Below, piece by piece: positions 1 through 10,874 of a stretch of DNA of 64,000 bases. This DNA is from Piedraia hortae CBS 480.64. Lineage: Eukaryota. Under the pieces are notes generated by a model. The model made no database searches. It had not been told where the DNA came from and saw only the letters and a program-made list of their open reading frames with translations. Both the position numbers and the translations under genes were made by a program. The stretch is from contig MU005960.1 of the NCBI GenBank assembly GCA_010093745.1, forward strand, positions 186,636 to 250,635, read 5' to 3'. Within the stretch, counting starts at the first letter, position 1. The number at the start of each line of letters is the position of its first letter.

Positions 1-1031
1 GCCTGCTTCCCACATCTCTCATTCCCCAAAAATCCACATCCATCCCAACCCACCCAATCAAACCCCCCGCCCCACCCCTTCCTCCTCTCAAAAAGCCCCA
101 CCCCATCACCTCCCAGACCCATCCCCCAGACCAATTCAGCCCACCCACCTCAATCACAAAGCCCTGCTCTTCATGCTCATTGTGAAGACTTTCCCTTAAC
201 GCGTAGACTCCACGGATTTCCCAACCGCATGAATTCACTCTGGGATAATCGCCCGTCTGAGTTGTCTGAATTAATGGAGAGATTATCGGGCGGATGATGT
301 TCAAAACTGGCTGGTGTATAGAGGGCGATCTTTGCTTGGCGATTTGCAGGGCTGGAGGGGAGGTTGTTTTTGCAGAGAGCTGCGGGCTTGGGCAAGGATT
401 TTATGGTGATCGGAGTTGTTGGGTTGGTGATCTTGTGTTCGCTTTGCTTGGTCTTTTGCTGGGGTGAATGGGGTAGATGGATGAGTTGCTGACGTGCAAA
501 GAGATATAAATACTTGGGTAAATTGCATTCAAACGAAACTAAAATTTCTTATAATGGAATGGAGTTTCTTGATCCTTGGGGAACAGGTCAGTATGAAGGA
601 ATGTGCTGGGGAAACGACCTGGTTTAATGCCTGCAGCTGGTCCGGTCAGCTTACTTACGAACAACAGCCTTCGATGTTTCCCAATTGAGTCAGCCTATGC
701 ATCAACTTCCGATTAGTAGGACACTGGCTAAGTCATTCGCCTACGCTTTCGCCCTTCCGCTCTCCAGTCCCCATACCTAACTCGACAAACACTCTGAAAA
801 TGGAAATTTGGGATATCGCGTCTATTCAACCCAATACCCTAATCGTCGAAGGCACTTGACAAATACACTCAGCAAGGCTTTTTCGACTTTGTCGACCCTC
901 ACAGCAGAAAATTAGCCACATGATCATTATGAGAAAATTCTGACCTCCTGCCAATTGAATACAAGAACTACACCCAATCCATGAACCTTACTCTTGTCTA
1001 TCTACCTATTCCTCTCCAACCCCGTCCACCC

Positions 1032-3590
1032 CTAAACCGGAAAATCCACACGGATGAGTTTCCTGCGTTTATTCGGATTTGACTCTCCATCCGGAAGGGC
1101 TTGTTCTTCTGAAATGAAGCGAACTTTGCCGCTTCGTTCGGTGGTGGGGTTTGAACTTGTGAAGCCTGTCGTGGCGGGTTGGGTGGGCTTGTCATCCGGT
1201 TCTGGTGAGGTGGAGCTAGGTTCTGGACCAGTTTCGGAGTTTGTTGGCTGGTCTAGTTTGATATCTGATGCTGCGGGAGTGGGATCGTGTTCTGGACCAG
1301 GTTTGGGACTTTTCTCTTGCGGAGTGATTTGGGTAGGCTCGCCGTTTGATGATGCTTGGGTGAGATCGTGTATTGAACTAGCTTTGAATTCTACAGGCTG
1401 GTCCACTTTGACATTTGATACTGGTTGGGTGGAGTCGTGCTTCGTACCAGGTTCGGACCCTGCTGGCTGAGTGGTTTTGCCATGTAATTCGGGCATGGGA
1501 TTGTCCTTCGCACCTGTCTCGAAGCCTAATAACTGGTCTGCTTGGCCACTTGCCTCTGATAGGCTGAAATCGTGTTCTGTGCCAGGTTCGGAGCTTGCTA
1601 GTTGGTCGGCTTTGTCATCCTGTGCTGGTGTAGTATCATGTCTCGGACCATCTTCGAACCCTGCTGGCTGGTCGACTTTTCCGTTGAATGCCGGTGAGGG
1701 ATCATCTTTTGAACCAATTTCGGAGCCTGCCTTTTGTGGGGCCATTGAAGCCGTATGGGCGACGTCCTCCTTGTAAGAGGGAGGGGACGATAGTATCTGG
1801 TCGCCCGGCCCAGGTGAGGTTGGAGAAGAGGATGCTAGCTTGTGGCCCAATGGACTCGACGTTAGGTCGTCCATGGGACTAATTGGGGGATTCGTTGATC
1901 CATCACCCACCATGCCCGAGGCTGGGGCCATAACTTCACTGAAATGCTGCACTGCTGGCAGCCCTTTCGTCTCTGATAAAGTTGTAGAGGTTGGAAGAGC
2001 TGACTTTTGATCGCTTGTGGCTGCCTGGGCGGTAGAAGGATGTGAAGTAGATGCGACGGCAGTTGACTGGTCTAGCTTCCTCGCTGACGGTGGCAAGATT
2101 GCAAAAGACCTCTCCTCTTGGCGGCTCACGACCTTTAAAGGTTCAGTTGGCGGTGTGAAATCGCCTGGCACTCCGCATAACATGCTCTTGTTCGGCTTGT
2201 TTTCAAGTGCTTTTAGAATAAGATTGAGTTCTCTGGCCGTTGGGTGGTCGTCGCCATGCAGTTCTTCTTGGATTCCCAAGGCAAGAAGAACAACGTCCTT
2301 TGCGTCTAGGAATTTGCGCTGCCGTAGATATATCTTGCCGAGTTCTTCGGCAAAGTACGCCGCGACAAACCTGTTATCCGATTCCCGAAACTGAATGCGC
2401 TCTAGTTGGTTAAGAAATATCTCCTTGGCCCATGAGAGGTTTCCTTTGTCACGTTGGAGAATTGCCAAACTGGAGAGAATGCTGATGGTAAAATCGTCAA
2501 CTTCGCCGTAAGTGGTACGCGAGTTATGGATTGCCCGCTCAAGTAATGCGGTCGCTTCTGAATACTTGTGTAGTGCAGTGTAGATCATGCCCTGAACGTT
2601 GAGTGTGTCCAAGAGCAGTTTTACGTCCTCCACCAACTTGAACTCCATTTGCCTACGCAGTGCTTCGTTGACCAAGGCATCGCTGTTCTTCAGCCTGCCC
2701 TGGGCGTACATGACGACTCCCAATTCTTTCAATGTATCAATAGATAGACCGGGGGTTCCTCCACGTACGGCGCTCTTGCCCTCAAACGCTGCGTCCAACC
2801 ATTTTTCGGCCTCCGTCCACTTGCCCAAGTCAGCGTAGAAACAGCCAAGTGAGTGGGCTGTGGAGAATGCGAGCCAGTGATTGGCAGGCAAAGTGGCCGC
2901 CGCACCCTTGGCCACGCAGTCGAGCAGTAATTCTGCATCGTCCCACTGAGACTGGAGCCAAAGAAGCACACCGTAATCGTACGTGACGAGCATCGTGAAC
3001 AATTCCCTTTGGTCCATAAGGTACCGGAGGCGAGTCATTGCTATGGTATACATATCTTTTGCCAAATCCAAATTACCCAAGTCATGATACAATCTGCCTA
3101 AGGAATGGGCCAACTCCAGCCTGAGCATGCTGAAAGATGTAAGCACCGTCTGATAGCCTTGCCAAGCTTTTTCCAAGTACTCCTTGGCAGCATCCAAGTT
3201 GTCGAAGTAATGGTTAAGAAGCCCATAGGTTCGGTACAATTCCAGCGTGGCAATGTCGTCCGGCATTTGCAACTTCGAACGACCACTTACCACCATCTGA
3301 AAATAACGCGAGCCTTCCTTTAGGTTGTACATTGCCGTGTGAATGTAGAATAGCGTCGTTGCAATGTTGAGCGTCAAAGGATGCTTATCATCATGTGTCT
3401 TTTGCACTTCTCGAAGAGCCTTCTCGTACTCATGCGCCTTGAAGGTCAGGCTTGGCTTGGTCGGATCACTAAACCCTAGTTGTTGCATTTTTCTCTCCAA
3501 TGGTGGGTAATGATTCAATGGTTGATGGCGGAAGCTGACAAAAGAGACTTTGCCGTAAGATGGCCATTGACTGCTGCGTCTGAGGGCCAT
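1032..3590 (-). CDS. Standalone TPR protein (kinesin-light-chain/NLR-type ~42-aa TPRs) with a long disordered, tandemly repeated C-terminal tail
   Basis: 852-aa intronless ORF. The N-terminal ~465 aa are TPR helices (e.g. LELAHSLGRLYHDLGNLDLAKDMY, HSLGCFYADLGKWTEAEKWL). The tail is S/P/T/D-rich and ends in an NLS-like NKRRK. Confidence 0.85.
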   Translation of the reverse strand: MALRRSSQWPSYGKVSFVSFRHQPLNHYPPLERKMQQLGFSDPTKPSLTFKAHEYEKALREVQKTHDDKHPLTLNIATTLFYIHTAMYNLKEGSRYFQMVVSGRSKLQMPDDIATLELYRTYGLLNHYFDNLDAAKEYLEKAWQGYQTVLTSFSMLRLELAHSLGRLYHDLGNLDLAKDMYTIAMTRLRYLMDQRELFTMLVTYDYGVLLWLQSQWDDAELLLDCVAKGAAATLPANHWLAFSTAHSLGCFYADLGKWTEAEKWLDAAFEGKSAVRGGTPGLSIDTLKELGVVMYAQGRLKNSDALVNEALRRQMEFKLVEDVKLLLDTLNVQGMIYTALHKYSEATALLERAIHNSRTTYGEVDDFTISILSSLAILQRDKGNLSWAKEIFLNQLERIQFRESDNRFVAAYFAEELGKIYLRQRKFLDAKDVVLLALGIQEELHGDDHPTARELNLILKALENKPNKSMLCGVPGDFTPPTEPLKVVSRQEERSFAILPPSARKLDQSTAVASTSHPSTAQAATSDQKSALPTSTTLSETKGLPAVQHFSEVMAPASGMVGDGSTNPPISPMDDLTSSPLGHKLASSSPTSPGPGDQILSSPPSYKEDVAHTASMAPQKAGSEIGSKDDPSPAFNGKVDQPAGFEDGPRHDTTPAQDDKADQLASSEPGTEHDFSLSEASGQADQLLGFETGAKDNPMPELHGKTTQPAGSEPGTKHDSTQPVSNVKVDQPVEFKASSIHDLTQASSNGEPTQITPQEKSPKPGPEHDPTPAASDIKLDQPTNSETGPEPSSTSPEPDDKPTQPATTGFTSSNPTTERSGKVRFISEEQALPDGESNPNKRRKLIRVDFPV
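1175..1735 (-). repeat. Degenerate coding minisatellite, about 8 units of 22-23 aa (66-69 bp)
   Basis: Recurring K.DQP.GSEPG..HD.TP-like units: KVDQPAGFEDGPRHDTTP, KADQLASSEPGTEHDFS, KTTQPAGSEPGTKHDSTQ, KLDQPTNSETGPEP. Boundaries approximate. Confidence 0.75.
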
Positions 3591-4222
3591 GATGTTTTGG
3601 AGCTGCTAGATCAATAAAGGGAGTGCTGTCTTTGGTTCAAACTGATCCTTAGTCATTATCAGGCGTTTAATGGGAAGGAGCTTGGTCAGACATTCTATGG
3701 GAAGGAGCTTTGTACTACACTAGTCTGTGGGATCCTTTTTCTGCCTCGATAGTTGAAAGGTTATAGTGTGTAGTTACACTATGCCACCCGAGCATAGGTA
3801 GAAACGGTCACGTGTCACTACCTGCAATCATCGTTAGCAAAATCTACGTAGCGCTGAGAACCTGATCATGATTGGCTTGATGTCATGTAATTATGCGTAC
3901 CGTCGATCATCTTCGACCGTTCTACACAACTCGGCTTAGTTCTCTTGATATTGACCCATCACTTGAAGAGCACGAGCGGGATGACTTTCCCATTCCAATT
4001 TCTGGAGCCATCCACCCGATTTCGCATTGAAACCCGAGCCATATCGTCCCGGAGGACTTGACAATACCGCTCAGGGTCCATCCGCATCATCATGATGACA
4101 TCCCCTTCCAACAAGCCATGAGTATTGTCGCGTCGCATGGGGCGCTCATGTAACGAAGCGAGGGAGGCGCGCGGACGGGTGGCACCGCGGGAAAAAGGAA
4201 CAAGCATCAATGAACTTGGAGA

Positions 4223-6308
4223 ATGATGACAGTCGAGTCACAACTCACAACCATGGACATCCTAGTCAACCCTGGTAATCCAATTAAGCCAGCGGAGCCA
4301 GCAATCCGCGCTGAAGACATCAATGATGATGACGGCAAAGAACAAGATCATCACACCGGGAATGCGACTAGCAATGAACCCAGCGGAAGCCACACCAGCG
4401 ACGAGCCCAGGACCCAGCTCCCAACCGATACATTCAGTCATCTCAATAAGCATCAAACCCCTCAAGCGTCATCCTTACCCGCCCCAAACTCCCAACCCCA
4501 CGACTCCAAAATCGCCCTCGAAACCCCCTACCTCATAATCGGCTCTGGCCCCGCGGGCGCGAGCCTGGCCTGCTTCCTCTCCTCCAACAACCTTCATGGC
4601 GTGCTCCTCTCCTCCGCCGACGGCCCGGCTAGGGAACCACGCGCGCACATCACCAGCCCCTCAACACTCGAATGTCTCCGCGACATAGACCTCTCCTGCG
4701 AAGCGGTTAAAGCCTCCAGCCCGGGTAGGTACCTCGAAACAATCCGGTGGTGCCACGACCTCGTCGGAATAGAATACGGCCGTGCCCGCTCCTGGCAGAA
4801 TCACCCTTCCACCCTCAGCGACCTAAACCTAACCACTCCCTGCGAATTCATAGATCTCCCCCAATCCCTCCTCGAACCCATCCTCCTGCGTCGCGCAACC
4901 AGCACTGGTTGGAAGCTCCGGTTTAATACCGCCTTCCTACATTTCGAGCGGAGAGAGGAGGGGTTCGTGAGCGAGGTTTACGATTCGATGCTACAGCAGA
5001 GGTATAAAATCAAGAGCAAATACCTCTTTGGCTGCGATGGGTCGGGATCAAGACTCGTGGCGCAGCTGGCTCTGCCGTTACGTCAAGGGCCGGAGGCAGG
5101 GGGACAGGCTGCAAACATCCTCGTCGAGGCGAATCTTGCAAAGCATATGCCCAATCGCGAGGCGTTTCTGCACTGGATTATCCAGCCGGAGCAGGATGTT
5201 CCCATTTGGGGGAGACTGACGATTGCGCGGATGGTTAGGCCTTGGGATTTGTGGATGTTTATAATTATTCTCCCGCCGGGGGGTGGCGAAGTGCCTCTCC
5301 CGTCGGATGAGGAGTTTTTGGGGTACATTGCCCGATGGATTGGGGATGAGAGTGTTCCGGTTAAGATCCTGCAGAGGTCGAGGTGGAGAGTTAATGATGT
5401 TGTGGCTGAGAGGTATGACGATGGGGGCAGAAGGGTTTTTGCATTGGGGAATGCGGTGCACAGACATCCGCCGCATAATGCGCTCGGGAGTAATACCTGT
5501 ATTCAGGATGCGTTTAATCTCGCATGGAAGGTTGCGTATGTGGAGAAGGGATTTGCGGGGGAGAGGTTGTTGGATTCGTATACATCTGAGAGACAGCCGG
5601 TGGGGGAGAGGATTGTGAAAAAATCTAATTTGACGGCGAGGGAGATTTTTAAGGCGGTGCGGAATTTGGGGATCTTGCATGAGGATGTGGAGGTGAGGAG
5701 GAGGCAGATTGGGAAGTTTGCTGCCCCGACGAAAGAGGGGAGGGAGATGAGGCTGAGGCTGCAGGGATTTTTGGATACTTCGTTTGCGGAGATTGGGAAT
5801 CATATGAATCAGAGGTATGTCTCTGGGGCTGTGGTAAGGAGGGATGAGAAGGACGAACCGGAGGAGTGGTCGTCCGAGGAGTGGGCTCAACATGTCCTGC
5901 GGAGTACATACCCGGGGCATAAGCTGCCGCATGCTGAGGTTTTCCAATAGGGTGCCGGGCAAGGGGAAGATATCAACCCTCGATTTGGCCGGCCATGGTG
6001 CGTTCTGCGTAATCACGGGTATCGGAGGCGAGGCATGGAAGGCGGCTGCAGAGGATATTGGGAAGAAACTCGGCATCCCGTTTAGTGCATACAGCATCGG
6101 CTTCGGACAGGACTGGGAGGATTCCTGGGGCGACTGGGCCCGCGTGCGCGAGATTGAGGAAAGTGGGTGCCTACTCTGCAGACCCGATCGCACAATCGCC
6201 TGGCGCAGCATGGAAGTATCTGAGAATGCAGCAGATCGGCTGATGAGTGCTGTGAAGACTGTGCTGGGGATTGGAGGTGGGAACCAGGGAGCTTCGCCTC
6301 CTTCTTGA
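4223..6308 (+). pseudogene. FAD-dependent aromatic monooxygenase (FAD_binding_3, 2,4-dichlorophenol 6-monooxygenase-like) with a +1 frameshift near 5936
   Basis: Motifs LIIGSGPAG, FGCDG, LGNAVHRHPP, QDAFNLAWK and STYPGHKLPHA. The frame stops at 5948-5950, and the C-terminal domain (ISTLDLAGHG...LCRPDRTIAWR) continues in the +1 frame to 6308. Confidence 0.75.
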
Positions 6309-6643
6309 AGCCAAGCAGCCAGTGGAGTAGTTGGTTAGATCAGAGACTGTTTCCTCACCAAAGCTCAGATTGAACCATCTACCAAAACTTCATCTCGCGC
6401 GGCGTCCTCAATGTTGTCGAGTTTGCCGTCGGCCACGCTGACTCTGCCGTGTGCGTTGCGGGCTCCGACGTCCTTGTGTCTCTCATCGACCACGATCCCA
6501 GTATGATCCGGAACGAGATGTTTCTGGCCACTGCCTCGACAGTCCGACGACCATACATCCCAGTCCAACCAAAGGTTCATCAACACGAGACCCCAACTCA
6601 AGGGTACAACCCTCAAAATCAAAACATATGATTCAAGTGTCTA

Positions 6644-6946
6644 CTACATGTGCCAACCAGCGCCGCACGGGCAACCCGTCGCCTCCCCCTTCCTCTCCCA
6701 CTCCTCCAGTATCAACTCATACTCCAAATCCTCTTCCTCCGCTCTCTGTCGAAGCTCCTTCTACTTATCAGGATGTCTTGTCAACATACCTATCAAATCA
6801 TCCGGTATCCAACTATGCAGTTTAAAATTTGCAGCAAATTCCTTGAGCTTGCCCAGGATGGCGTCCTTTTCGTGGTGACTGCCAGGCGGTTTGGACTTCT
6901 TAACCTGATTCCGAAAAAAACTGTCCGAAAGCATTGGCACCATCAC
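6644..6946 (-). pseudogene. Decayed fragment resembling the conserved central motif of fungal Pbp1/ataxin-2 proteins
   Basis: LGKLKEFAANFKLHSWIPDDLIGMLTRHPDK*KEL resembles the recalled Pbp1 motif L.KFSQNFKL.TPVP.DLVPILAKDP.KQ. An in-frame TAG at 6761-6763 falls where Q is expected. Confidence 0.45.
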
Positions 6947-7594
6947 GAATCGAATCTGGGCTGGGTGCGGCCGTCGTCTCGCCAGCTGGGGGGTTTATCG
7001 TCCGCCATTTGACTGCCAGAGGGCGATGGGATGGGGTTTGTCGGTCTGCCCGTTGGAATGGTGGTCTCGTTGGACGATTCATCGATGGTGGGTTCTGAGG
7101 GGTGAGTAGGGTTCATGGACAAGGACTGGGCTTACTTTGGGCTTGCTCTGGGGCGAATATTGTATTCATTTGACCAGGGTGTTGGGATGTGAATGGGTTG
7201 TGTGGTTTTCTACGTTGCCATAAAAGTTATTCAGGCTGCCTTTAGGCTGGTTAGGGGCTTAGCGAGCATACATCACTTTCTTCGAAAGGTAGTTGGGTCG
7301 AGCAGTAGACCGGTGTACATTCTGCGGGACTGATTGATTGCTGGGAAGCGTCACCGTTGCCTCAGCTGTATGCTTTGTGATAGTTCTACACGCTCATCCA
7401 TCACGAACATGATGAAGTTTTAGAGCACGGTACTGAGGTGTTTAAAGACCGCTGAGACAGGTTCCAAGCCGGGAGAGAGAAAGGATATCCTCCACGGTGT
7501 AAATCCCTTCGATGAACCAGAACATTGTAAAGGATCTATGCTCCAACGCTGCACCAAAAGCCACCCCATCCATAAATTATATGAGTCAAACCCA

Positions 7595-8692
7595 TCACTT
7601 CCGATCCAAATTCCCAATCTCCTTCCGCCAAGTCTCCAGCATCGCCGTTGTGACGTTCGACCCACCACAAACTTCGATAACGACCTTCTCATCAGGATGG
7701 ACAGGCCGGCCGAGGGCCTTAGCCAAACGACCGCCGTAGCAAACGGCCACACTAACGCCACAAGCAAGCTCCACCATGAGCCTCTCATCATCCGCGAAAC
7801 GCCAACACGCCATTGCCGCCTCTTCATCCGTAAACGTCGCGTACTTGAACCGGCCAGAAGGGATATACCGCTGCGCAAGGTCAAATGTACGCTGGCTGAC
7901 TTTCCTTGCGCCGAGGCTGGTGGCTTGCGAGGTGATGCTTGGGAGGGTCATGATCTTGTCGTGTTTCAGAGAGTAGGCCAGGGAATCTGCTCCTTTCGTC
8001 TCGACCGCGAGGACGGTAGTATTATTCCACGCATGTTCCTCGGCACCTTGGATGATACCATTGACCAGACCGCCACCGCCGACGCTACAGACGACGACGT
8101 CTGGGGGACCTTCTTCTGCCATCTGATGGTCGATTTCGTCTATGATGGATGCATGACCCTGCCACGTTACGGGATGATCGAATGGGTGGACGCAGACGGT
8201 GGCTTCGCCCCGCCGCTCGGCTTCCGGCATCACCACCGTCTTCATGTGTTCGTCTGCTTCGGGGAGAGAGGTTCCCGACTGAACGACGTCTGAGGCTCCG
8301 GCATCTAGGAGGCGATCAATCATCATTTGCTTGGTGCTCAGCGGAACGACGACTGTGCAGGGACAGCCCAGATCTTTGGCCGCGTAGACGCAGGCAAGAC
8401 CGGCATTGCCGCCGGAGCTGGCAAAGAAGTGTGGAACTGCCTTGGGGTCCGTCATGCGAAGGGTGCGTAAAGCATGGAGACAGAAGGCGCCGATGCCGCG
8501 GGATTTGAAGGAGCCGGATGGCTGCAAATTGTCGAGCTTGAGAAAGACTCTGCTTCTACGGTTTAGAACCCGTTACATGGCTTAACAGTGGAAACCGTAC
8601 CATCCAGCTGCTTTTGAAAGGTTTGTCGATTCGATCAAAGGCGTGACCCGCCAGGGCTTGTTGACCTTCTTTACTTCGTCTTCGCGTGCCAT
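7595..8692 (-). CDS. L-serine/threonine dehydratase (PLP, CHA1-like); exons 8692-8601, 8552-7595
   Basis: TPLIES...FLKLDNLQPSGSFKSRG, SSGGNAG, CSVGGGGL, ELACG, EVCGG. 48-nt intron GTACGG...AAG. Confidence 0.92.
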
Positions 8693-9094
8693 GGTAGGAC
8701 TACGTGGTGTGATGAATGGATGGATCTAGGATTGTAGATGTCTAGAATGCTGTGGATGGGCAGAAAGTAAAAGGATGACGACGCCATCGCAACTACACGT
8801 TTCTTATATCAGTTGTTCTTGGTCCGAGTCGTTTCCGCAGCAGCCGCCCGGTCCGACTTCGCTTTGCACCGGCTTATCTGATTTGGTCTGGCCTGATTGG
8901 ATGGTTGAGCCTATCGTGCGCGAGCCTTTCCTCTTCAGGAATAGCGCTATCGTGCCCTGACGACCTCACTGCAGGGCAACATCCATCAATTCCGGGTTAT
9001 CGGAGCGGTGAGACCAGACTGCAGTCTTCGTTATCATACACGTCCAATTACAACTCCTATTGACACTTAATCTGTACATGGATCGATCCCAGGA

Positions 9095-10429
9095 CTACAT
9101 GTCCTCAAGGTTGTATTCGCTCCACGACTGCCATGCACTCGCGATATCGTCCCGTTCCATCAGCTCATCGATACGCTCAGCTTGCAGGAATGTTTGTTTG
9201 CTAATCTCACAGCTTTTCACAACTGCTGAATCTAGAACAGCCACGCCTTTAATGCCCAACTTGACTTGATAGATCTTGAACCCCTCTTCCTGCAGCTTTC
9301 TTTTGAGAGCCTCCACCTCCTCGGGATCGACGTCCCCCCACCTCATTAAAGCAATGGCACAGCCACCGCCTCCAGAGCCGGTCAGTTTTGTCCACCCAAG
9401 ACCTGACTCCTTGATGATGGAGCGAATGCGTTCCAGACGGGGATGAGACACACCGAGGCTATCCAAAAGTGAGTGGTTCATTTCCAGCAACCGGCCCAGC
9501 GACTCTGTATCTTCGATCTTATCAAAGTCCCAATTTCGTAGAGCTTCCTTTGCAGCGTGAACAATATTGTCAATGGCATATAAAATCCCTTTTGTGATTT
9601 GGGGCCACATTTTGTTCAGCTCTTGAACCTTTGCAACCTCTTTAGCCGTGGATTTCGGCTGCATGGAATCTATAAGCAGAAACGGCAGACTTGTGACATT
9701 GGGCAGCGTCCTGATGCTATTGGGTCTGCTGAAAACGATAACACCCCCTTGGGTCGAGACTGTATTGTCTACGCCGCTGGGTCGATGGTGGAACATGAGT
9801 TCGGTTGTATAAGCCCAATTATTGATATATGCGAGCTGTTTGCAAGCTTCCTCGCTGTCAAGCTCATTCCGCGCAGGTGCCTGGATTGCGCCTGATTGGA
9901 GGAGCAGCGCGGCACTGATGCACGCCGATATACTGGCGCTGCTGCCTAGCCCCATTCCGACGGGGATAGCTGACCGCATCACATACTCGCACGCTAGGGC
10001 GTCTTCATCGCGGAGACAGACAAACAGATACAGGAACGCCATGCCAGCGCACTGCATAACTTTCCTCGTGCCCGGTTCAGCATCCTGACCCACATCTGCC
10101 ACCAGCGCTTCAAGCAGTACCATGAGCTCATCGTCCAGCGATCGAACAGGCGTGTGATAACTCGGATGTGACTTGTCCTTTGACTTGCAGTAATCCCAAG
10201 GTAGATCCTTGATGTTCCACGTGTGATTGAGTCCGATATCTTCAAAGATCACGGTCAAGGTTCGTTCCGTTGTGGCGAGTGCGGTACACAGCATATAGGA
10301 CCGCAGGGAGATGGCTGCTGCAAGCGCTCTGTAGCCACTGAAGACAACAGCATGTTCGCCGCATAAGATTGTCTTGCCGGGCGCTGCTACGATAAAAGGT
10401 GGAGGCACGTATAGTGGGTTGTCCATCAT
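9095..10429 (-). CDS. ERG12: Mevalonate kinase (GHMP family)
   Basis: APGKTILCGEHAVV, IPVGMGLGSSA, PSGVDNTVST, KLTGSGGGGC. Intronless 444 aa. Confidence 0.9.
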   Translation of the reverse strand: MMDNPLYVPPPFIVAAPGKTILCGEHAVVFSGYRALAAAISLRSYMLCTALATTERTLTVIFEDIGLNHTWNIKDLPWDYCKSKDKSHPSYHTPVRSLDDELMVLLEALVADVGQDAEPGTRKVMQCAGMAFLYLFVCLRDEDALACEYVMRSAIPVGMGLGSSASISACISAALLLQSGAIQAPARNELDSEEACKQLAYINNWAYTTELMFHHRPSGVDNTVSTQGGVIVFSRPNSIRTLPNVTSLPFLLIDSMQPKSTAKEVAKVQELNKMWPQITKGILYAIDNIVHAAKEALRNWDFDKIEDTESLGRLLEMNHSLLDSLGVSHPRLERIRSIIKESGLGWTKLTGSGGGGCAIALMRWGDVDPEEVEALKRKLQEEGFKIYQVKLGIKGVAVLDSAVVKSCEISKQTFLQAERIDELMERDDIASAWQSWSEYNLEDM

Positions 10430-10874
10430 GTTTATGTCGACGTAAATCGGTTCGGTTCCCGACAGCTGTCAACCAATCCGCTGCGGAGGCTTCCCTCGCG
10501 CCTTCCCCGGCTAGCTTCATTTGGATTAAATGAAGACGCCAGGCCGGCAGACGTCCAATCAGAGCTGTTAGGCGGATGCCGGTGACATCTACAGAGGGCG
10601 GATCCAAATCACGACATGAAGCCTCCATTGTGAGCATCGAGCGACTCGGACTTTTATGAAACATTGCCGAGAAACATAATAATAGCTCTAAATGCTCTCG
10701 CTGTCATTAGCTGTCACTCCCGTCAGCCAGTCAACCCAACCCCACCCACCCCACCCTCGGATAACTAATTCTGTGTTACTCTTAGGCTCTAACATCTATC
10801 TCATCGCATCTCATTCACAAACCCCGAACTCCCAGTACTTTCTTCATCCTCGCCACCCAGCCTTTCCCTTGTCT

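Noticed and set aside
1..400. Minus-strand frame open to the left window edge
   Set aside because: No clear start or domain. The openness is explained by extreme skew and cannot be judged without flanking sequence.
5078..6211. 377-aa antisense ORF over the monooxygenase
   Set aside because: Shadow ORF. The local G-rich skew makes the opposite strand C-rich and stop-poor, and no domain is recognisable.
8550..8602. In-frame UGA at a Cys position as selenocysteine
   Set aside because: Ascomycetes lack Sec machinery, and the AAG acceptor gives the exact homologous Cys-Arg.
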